Positions 56,036-64,000 of a stretch of DNA of 64,000 nt are shown in pieces. Within the stretch, counting starts at the first letter, position 1. Each line of letters opens with the position of its first letter. Location: the NCBI GenBank assembly GCA_964016885.1, contig OZ024760.1, positions 21,948,001-22,012,000 of the forward strand. The letters run 5' to 3'. The DNA comes from Eledone cirrhosa (taxonomy: Eukaryota). The notes below the pieces were generated by a model, which was not told the DNA's origin, did no database searches, and saw only the letters and a program-made list of their open reading frames with translations. The translations under genes were made by a program, and so were the position numbers.

Positions 56036-56226
56036 TCGATCGTTCTAACGCTCGGCATTAAATGCAATTCTGAATGCTTATATTCGATAGGGATCAATAT
56101 CTAGAGTAATTCTGATATCTATTAATGCCTTTCGCCTAGTTGTCCCCCTTGTCCGATACTTTAACATTCTGGGCTCTTGGGTAGAAGTCGATGGTCCCAT
56201 TAATAATCTATATTTTTATATATATA

Positions 56227-56393
56227 TCGTATTTCCCGGCGTCAAATCGATATTTTTTCCCTAAAATAAGTCTCAAAAATCTACCATGAGTCCTGGAGAC
56301 CGAAGGTTGTTTATTATTTTTTTTCAAATTTTTGCTTGTCAAAATTAGGGTACATCCTCAAGGACGAAGCGTCTTCGGCACCGGGAAATACGG
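56227..56393. mobile_element. Tc2/pogo-like MITE
   Basis: TIRs (t)cgtatttcccgg / ccgggaaatacgg with TA on both sides. Confidence 0.75.
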
Positions 56394-56626
56394 TACCTTA
56401 TATTTTCGTTTTATTTCTATCTTTATTTTTATTATTATATACAGATTTTTTTTGGGGGGGGAGTGGGAGGTGGGGTGCTCAGAGTAATCTATTTAATTAC
56501 TTCTCCTTAATTTAACTCTAAGCGAGGTTATCACCCTTTAGCCTCGTGCTGGCGCTAGGTCATCATGACATATTGACACCGGTCGATACGGATCGTAGAA
56601 GATAATATTTTGATGTTAATTTAGAT

Positions 56627-56707
56627 ATGTTCTTATAGAAGCTGATGAGCGGATTTCAATAAGAACATACTGCACGTTGTTGTGCAGCCTGTCGAAATAT
56701 ATATCGG
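56627..56707 (+). ncRNA. Hammerhead core with 5' stem I replaced by a short fold-back
   Basis: CTGATGA-GCGG..CTGTC-GAAA-TATATA-TC; atgttcttatagaa / ttcaataagaacat inverted repeat. Confidence 0.45.
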
Positions 56708-56739
56708 TTAATTAATTGTACAATTTACACCTTTGGTTT

Positions 56740-56799
<60 letters not shown>

Positions 56800-56833
56800 G
56801 GGGTATATATAACAAAGAGAGAGGGGTATATAT

Positions 56834-56971
56834 AACACAGAGAGTGTGGTAAGATACCAGGTGGGCCATAATGCCCCAGAGTACTCAATACTAAGGGTAG
56901 TAAAGTGGGCAATTGTTCGGATCCAGCTGTCGAAACGGACGGAGCTCAGCCGTCGGGGTCCTGACTCCTTT

Positions 56972-56973
<2 letters not shown>
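56834..56973 (-). mobile_element. Family A diverged fold-back
   Basis: Tail on minus strand joined to gtcgaaacggacggagctcagccgtcggggtcc. Confidence 0.82.
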
Positions 56974-57025
<52 letters not shown>

Positions 57026-57139
57026 TAACAGATTAAAGTTTAAGCATAGAATCGCTGCTTTCACCCTTAACGGGATTTTCTGAAACTCTTATGGAGCCCT
57101 GTTCGTATTTTAGTCTTCACATTTATTATTATTACTATT

Positions 57140-57335
57140 GGTGGATTGGCAGTATCGGTAGAGGGTCGGACGCCATTCTTTGATGCATAGAGTTTAGAGT
57201 TACGACCCTTTCCAATCTGAGTTCAAATCCCGCCGTGGTTAACTTTGCCTTTTTATCCTTACGGGGTCGATAAAATAAAGTACCAGTAATGCACTGAGTA
57301 ATTGCTGGTCTTGTGCCAAAAGTAGAAACAATTAT

Positions 57336-57337
<2 letters not shown>
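57140..57337 (+). mobile_element. SINE family 1
   Basis: Near full length. Confidence 0.92.
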
Positions 57338-57384
<47 letters not shown>

Positions 57385-57421
57385 AACATATATGCATGCG
57401 TATATATATATATATATATAT

Positions 57422-57630
57422 AACGAAGGAAATGTGGTAAGGAACCAGGTGGACCATAACGCACCAAAGTACTCAATACTTAGGGTAATAGAGTGGGTCC
57501 CCGACGGCTGAGCTCAAGCCGTTTCGACGGCTAATTCTGGACTAAAAAAAAAATTTATTTGCCTTTTTTTTAGTCCAGAATTAGCCGTCGAAACGGCTTG
57601 AGCTCAGCCGTCGGGGTCCTACTCATTCCC
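57422..57630 (-). mobile_element. Family A fold-back element
   Basis: Turn via A-tract/T-tract linker at 57543-57571. Confidence 0.9.
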
Positions 57631-57670
<40 letters not shown>

Positions 57671-57750
57671 GTAATATTAAATATTACCCAGTTACAAGTT
57701 ATTCATTAAATGTTTGAAAGATTAAACAGCCTTTGATTATTATTTACAAA

Positions 57751-57797
<47 letters not shown>

Positions 57798-57948
57798 ATC
57801 ATAATTTAAAACACCAGAATCCAAACGAGTGGAATAATTTATAGGTTGCGTAAAAGACTAGTATAAGCGGTCTTTGATTCTTGTTGAATAATCAGATTAA
57901 TTGATTGCACTAACGGAAATTGAATAATACCATAATTCTCTCTCTCTA

Positions 57949-58000
<52 letters not shown>

Positions 58001-58062
58001 ATGTGTGTATGTGTGTATGTGTATGTGTGTGTGTCTCTCTCTCTCTCATTGTATATATATAT

Positions 58063-58179
58063 AATATTTAATATAGAAATGGCTTCTACAGGACTAGAGC
58101 TGTTTTATTCGAAGGAAATCGTCAGTCCTTCGAATGAAACAGTTCTAGTCCTGTAGAAGCCATTTCTATATTAAATATT
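58063..58179. mobile_element. Family K palindrome with CTGACGA in the loop (minus strand)
   Basis: About 54-bp arms around aatcgtcag; arms carry GAAACAG..AGTC. Confidence 0.8.
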
Positions 58180-58309
58180 TATATATATATATATACTCTA
58201 CTATGTATTGTGTAACTTACTTGCTGTGGTTACCTCCGATTGAACCCGGACAATACACACACACACACACACACACACGCATATATATATATATATATAT
58301 ACACATATA

Positions 58310-58789
58310 TATTGTTATACTTGGGGAGGGTCATATTTGTGTAATATTGCCAGAATTAATAACAGAACACACTCACTGTTTGGTTGGTTTTCGCTTTTAT
58401 CGTAGTTTTTATATAAAGGTTATTGAAAGACACTGTTTTCTGTTATATAAAAACTACAATAAAAGCGAAAACCAACCAAACAGTGAGTGTGTTCTGTTAT
58501 TAATTCTGGCAGTGGATTGGCAGTATCGGTAGAGGGTCGGACACTATGCGTTGAAGCATAGAGTTACCTCCCTTTATGATCCGAGTTCAAACCCTGCCGA
58601 GGTTAACTTTGCCTTTCATCCTTACGGGGTCGATAAAATAAAGTACCAGTAATGCACTGGGTATTTGCTGGCCTTGTGCCTAACGTAGAAACAGTTATTA
58701 ATTCTGGCAATATTATTACAACAATATGACCCTCCCCAAGTATAACAATATTTGTTTCGACACACGATTTCATATCAAAAACCTCGCAA

Positions 58790-58792
<3 letters not shown>
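58310..58792 (+). mobile_element. Family J fold-back element interrupted by a SINE
   Basis: Left arm 58310-58414 is mirrored by 58443-58511 plus 58710-58749; tail to 58792. Confidence 0.88.
58512..58694 (+). mobile_element. SINE family 1 with TSD (g)ttattaattctggca
   Basis: Duplication at 58497-58511 and 58695-58709. Confidence 0.93.
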
Positions 58793-58831
<39 letters not shown>

Positions 58832-58940
58832 TAAAATAACAGATTAAAGTTTAAGCAAAGAATCGCTGCTTATATATTTGATATATATTTATCCTTATCG
58901 AGCCCTCTTTGGATTTTAGTCTTGAAATTTATTATTATTA

Positions 58941-58980
<40 letters not shown>

Positions 58981-59096
58981 CATACACAAATCATACAACA
59001 ACACTTTTGCAAGAGATGTCATTATGAATGGACATGTTATTTTTTTTATCTAAAAACATTTTTTCCAATTCCCATCCCGCCCGGCCCCTCAATCTT

Positions 59097-59132
59097 TCTT
59101 TTGATGAAGGACTAGCGTCCGAAACGTTAAGA
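59097..59132 (+). ncRNA. Minimal PLE-type hammerhead motif (C3 mutated to T)
   Basis: TCTT-TTGATGA-A-GGAC tagc GTCC-GAAA-CG-TT-AAGA. Confidence 0.6.
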
Positions 59133-59245
59133 CCCTCTTCCTGCCATATCAAGCGTTAACCTAATATATCCCTTCCATATACTGTACAGATTGTGTTGTT
59201 ATTTCTGTTTACCTTTTACATACATACATACATACATACATATAT

Positions 59246-59364
59246 TTTGACTACCATGTCTAACAACTGGAACGTGTATATATATTATATACGCAGGAGG
59301 CACCGAGTCGAGGAAAAAAACAGTCATTAGGTGGTCGTTCCAGTTGTTAGACATGGTAGTCAAA
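59246..59364. repeat. 29-bp perfect inverted repeat with about 60-bp spacer
   Basis: tttgactaccatgtctaacaactggaacg / cgttccagttgttagacatggtagtcaaa. Confidence 0.88.
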
Positions 59365-59534
59365 TCGACTTCAAACAGCGTACATTTATAGACAAGATAG
59401 CAAGTTCACAAGTGTGTCAGGTGTAGACAGCCCATAATAAAGATGTTGGCAGTGTTGTGGGGGGATGTTTCGATAGCATGTTCCCCTGATGATGGATATG
59501 TTGAATAAAAGACCACCTGGAGCTGAAAAGCGGC

Positions 59535-60080
59535 ACCAGCACCACCACCGACAACAACACCACCAACACCACCTCCTCCACCATCACCAACAACAACAAC
59601 ACCAACAACAACATCCCCAACATCACCACCTCCAACAACAACACCATCAACATCCCCACCATCAACACCACGACGACCACCACCACCACCACCACTATCA
59701 CCACCATGAGCAACAATAACACCACCACCACACCACACACCACAAACACTATCACCACCATGAGCAACAATAACACTACTACTACCACCATCAAGACCAC
59801 CACCAACAGCATCACCATCAACAACAGCACCGCTAACATCAACAATCACACCACTAGCATCAACAACAACAAGACCACCACCATCAACAGCACCACCACC
59901 AACAACACCACTACCATCAACAGCAACACCATCAACAACAACAAAAACAACACTATCAACAACAACAACAACACCACTACAACACCACCACCACCACATC
60001 ACCACTAACAACACCACCAACACCACCACCTAAACCATTACCACCACCACCACCACAAACAACAACAACAGCATCATCAA
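59535..60080. repeat. CAC/CAA low-complexity tract
   Basis: Direct inspection. Confidence 0.9.
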
Positions 60081-60468
60081 GAACAACAAAATACAGATAG
60101 TAGATCACCTGGGATGTAACTAGGGGAGTGTTGGCTGCTAAAAGAGCAGCATTCTATATATAAGGGGTATGTGTATGTATGTGTATGAGCCTGTATGTAG
60201 GTGTATATGTGTATGTAGGTGTGTGTGTGTGTGTAGGGATCAAGGTGATGTATCAAGCCTGGGTTAAACATCAAAGAAGCAAAGGTAAGTGCCGCCCGTG
60301 AGGTGCTCTCAAGTATTTTACACGCTTACATAAACACCACAGGCTGTATTCAGCTCGAACTTACAATCTAGCAGATGGCAAGAATCAGGTCTAAGGCGCG
60401 CCAAATATGTATGTATGTATGTATGTGTATATATATATATATATATATACATAAATGTGTATAATATA

Positions 60469-60515
<47 letters not shown>

Positions 60516-60682
60516 ATGCATATGCGTGTGTATGTATATACGTATGCATGTATTTCGCCACCATCGTTCCCCTCTTCAGCTCATGTACTTTTATCACCAC
60601 ATGCTACCTTTTCTTCCGCCCTCCCCCAATCTTTCTTTTTCTCCTCCTTTATTTCCTTATTTACAGATTACCTATCTTTATA

Positions 60683-60714
<32 letters not shown>

Positions 60715-60790
60715 CATACCTGCCTACCTGTCTCTACATGTGGCTTCCTATACACACCTCTATTCGGAAATTTGTGTATGTACACACACA

Positions 60791-60839
<49 letters not shown>

Positions 60840-60840
<1 letters not shown>

Positions 60841-61184
60841 TCAGGGAGTCTAACTTGGAGTTACTGTAGGTTCACCCGGGTGAGCACTCGATGTTTAGCT
60901 TCACTTCTGTGTCGAGGTGTAGAGCTAAACAGAGTGTATTATAGTAAAATAAAATAAAACAAGGACGATTGGTTACCCCTTCATTACGTTTATTGGTTGG
61001 TGACGCGCGTTTCGCCACTGATCAGCTCAAGGTTCGATCTGTATCGATCTAGCCCGACTCTGTAACCCGTGGCTCGTCAGACCCCTTACAATGGTAATTC
61101 CATTGAGCTGATCAGTGGCGAAACGCACGTCACCAACCAATAAGTGTAATGAAGGAGTAACCAATCGTCCTTGTTTTATTTTAT

Positions 61185-61186
<2 letters not shown>
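60840..61186 (-). mobile_element. Family M fold-back element
   Basis: Arms about 60948-61030 and 61103-61185; tail on the left; TA-flanked. Confidence 0.88.
60999..61083 (-). ncRNA. Type-I hammerhead motif (family M), canonical GUC site
   Basis: Minus: GGT-CTGACGA-GCCAC..GTGGC-GAAA-CGCGCG-TC-ACC. Confidence 0.78.
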
Positions 61187-61252
<66 letters not shown>

Positions 61253-61294
61253 TTCAAAATATTAATAAATGAAAAATATTCTCAATCAAAATAG

Positions 61295-61358
61295 ATATTT
61301 TATTATACATATTTCAGTGGTACAATGGCGTTTAAGTACGTTTTCATCAGACAAAATA
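61295..61358 (-). ncRNA. Hammerhead motif (B-related) with weak stem II
   Basis: Minus: TATTTTGT-CTGATGA-..GTAC..GTAC..-GAAA-TATGTA-TA-ATAAAATA. Confidence 0.6.
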
Positions 61359-61403
61359 TAAGATTTGATATGTGACATACCGCAACGGTTTTGATTATTC
61401 AAT

Positions 61404-62538
<1,135 letters not shown>

Positions 62539-62861
62539 CGAGAGAGAGAGAGGGAGAGAGAGAGAGAGAGAAATGAAACATACACTAAAACATATTTAGA
62601 ATAAAAATTATGTTTTAAGTATAACTTGATTATTCTTTCTGTATTAATAAATTTTGAGCTCTGCAGCCCATAGCCTAATTGTCTACGGCTGTATCAAAAA
62701 AACTGGATAGTATAGAGTTTCTTTCATCTTTACCAGGATATTTATTGGTAAACTGCAATATTACCATACATATACTGTTTTTATATATATATATATACTG
62801 TATATATATAACATTAGTATCTTTCTTAATGTTATTATTATACCATGGTTATTATTATACC

Positions 62862-63058
62862 AGGGTGGTGGATTGGCAGTATCGGTAGAAGCGTCGGACG
62901 CCATGCTTTGACGCATAGAGTTGCGGCCCTTGCCATTCTGAGTTCAAATCCCGCCGAGGTTAACTTTGCCTTTCATCTTTACGGGGGTCGATAAAATAAA
63001 GTACCAGTAATGTACTGGGTAATTACTGGCCTTGTGCCAAAAAGTTGAAATAATTATT
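62862..63058 (+). mobile_element. SINE family 1 with probable TSD attattatacca
   Basis: Full head to tail. Confidence 0.92.
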
Positions 63059-63146
63059 ATACCATGGTTACTACGAACTACACATATTGAGAGCTTTTTA
63101 CCGCTTGCTCCTGTTATTCCTGCTTTTACCAAAACAACTTCTACTG

Positions 63147-63188
<42 letters not shown>

Positions 63189-63410
63189 CATGTACTTGTG
63201 TATATATATGATCATGAAGAAGGCAGTGTATTCGAGTCTTACATCATTTTATTGAGTACATTTTTTAATGTTTTATATATTTCAGTGTTATCTGTTATGT
63301 AATAGATACGACTTCCTCAGACAGCAATTGTGTAATCTTTTGTTCAACATATAATAAATCCCACGAACGTTTTGATGTTACTCGTCCAAGCTCCAGCTGA
63401 TATTATATAA

Positions 63411-63508
63411 TAATTGTTTCTACTTTTGGCACAATGCCACCAATTACGCAGTACATTACTGGTACTTTATTTTATCGACCTCGTAAGGATGAAAGGCAAA
63501 GTTAACCT
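63411..63508 (-). mobile_element. SINE family 1 3' fragment
   Basis: taattgtttctacttttggcac..aggcaaagttaacct. Confidence 0.88.
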
Positions 63509-63824
63509 TATAATACTCCGTGGTGAGAGGAGCAAAACGTATTGCATCACAACTCGAAAAGTAAACTAGGGCTGAGAGCTGTATACTCTCTTCCCATTGG
63601 TTAGTTAATCGACGAGTACAAGTTGCAAAACAACAACGGATTAACTAAGACCAAGGAACAATACACACACACACACACACACAAATGTGTGTGAATTTTG
63701 TATGTCTAATAATACACGCTATGTTTACGAATAAACATTTTGAAAGCCCTTTAGCTATGAATTTTGGAAGCTCGTAGCTCACGCCATCTAGTGGATTCCA
63801 CTTAGGTATATATATATTTACACA

Positions 63825-63856
<32 letters not shown>

Positions 63857-64000
63857 CACATAAATACATATTACAACAAATACATTATATATATATATAT
63901 ATATATATATACATACACAAATACATATTACAACAAATACATTACATATATATATATAATATATATATATACATACACAAATACATATTACAACAAATAC

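Noticed and set aside
60237-60290. Short plus-strand exon ending aaag|gtaagt
   Set aside because: Acceptor is only a GT repeat plus AG; no recognisable peptide

Overview
AT-rich eukaryotic DNA saturated with microsatellites, with no intact protein-coding gene. The tRNA-derived SINEs and extreme (TA)n/(CA)n content resemble an octopus/coleoid cephalopod intron or intergenic region (inference). Nearly all listed ORFs are simple-repeat artefacts. Recognisable parts are about 16 copies of one tRNA-SINE, a second CORE-like SINE, RTE and CR1-like LINE remnants, small DNA-transposon derivatives, minisatellites and a decayed Penelope-like GIY-YIG endonuclease fragment. The main signal lies in the short islands between (TA)n tracts. 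These belong to at least 10 non-coding families that sit in (TA)n and mostly form asymmetric fold-backs with a long arm and a shorter inverted copy. Many carry type-I hammerhead ribozyme motifs (stem I-CUGANGA-stem II-GAAA-palindromic stem III-UH-stem I') with compensatory variation between families. I interpret them as (TA)n-associated, hammerhead-bearing non-autonomous Penelope-like retroelements. All coordinates and pairings were read by eye; boundaries may be off by several bases.
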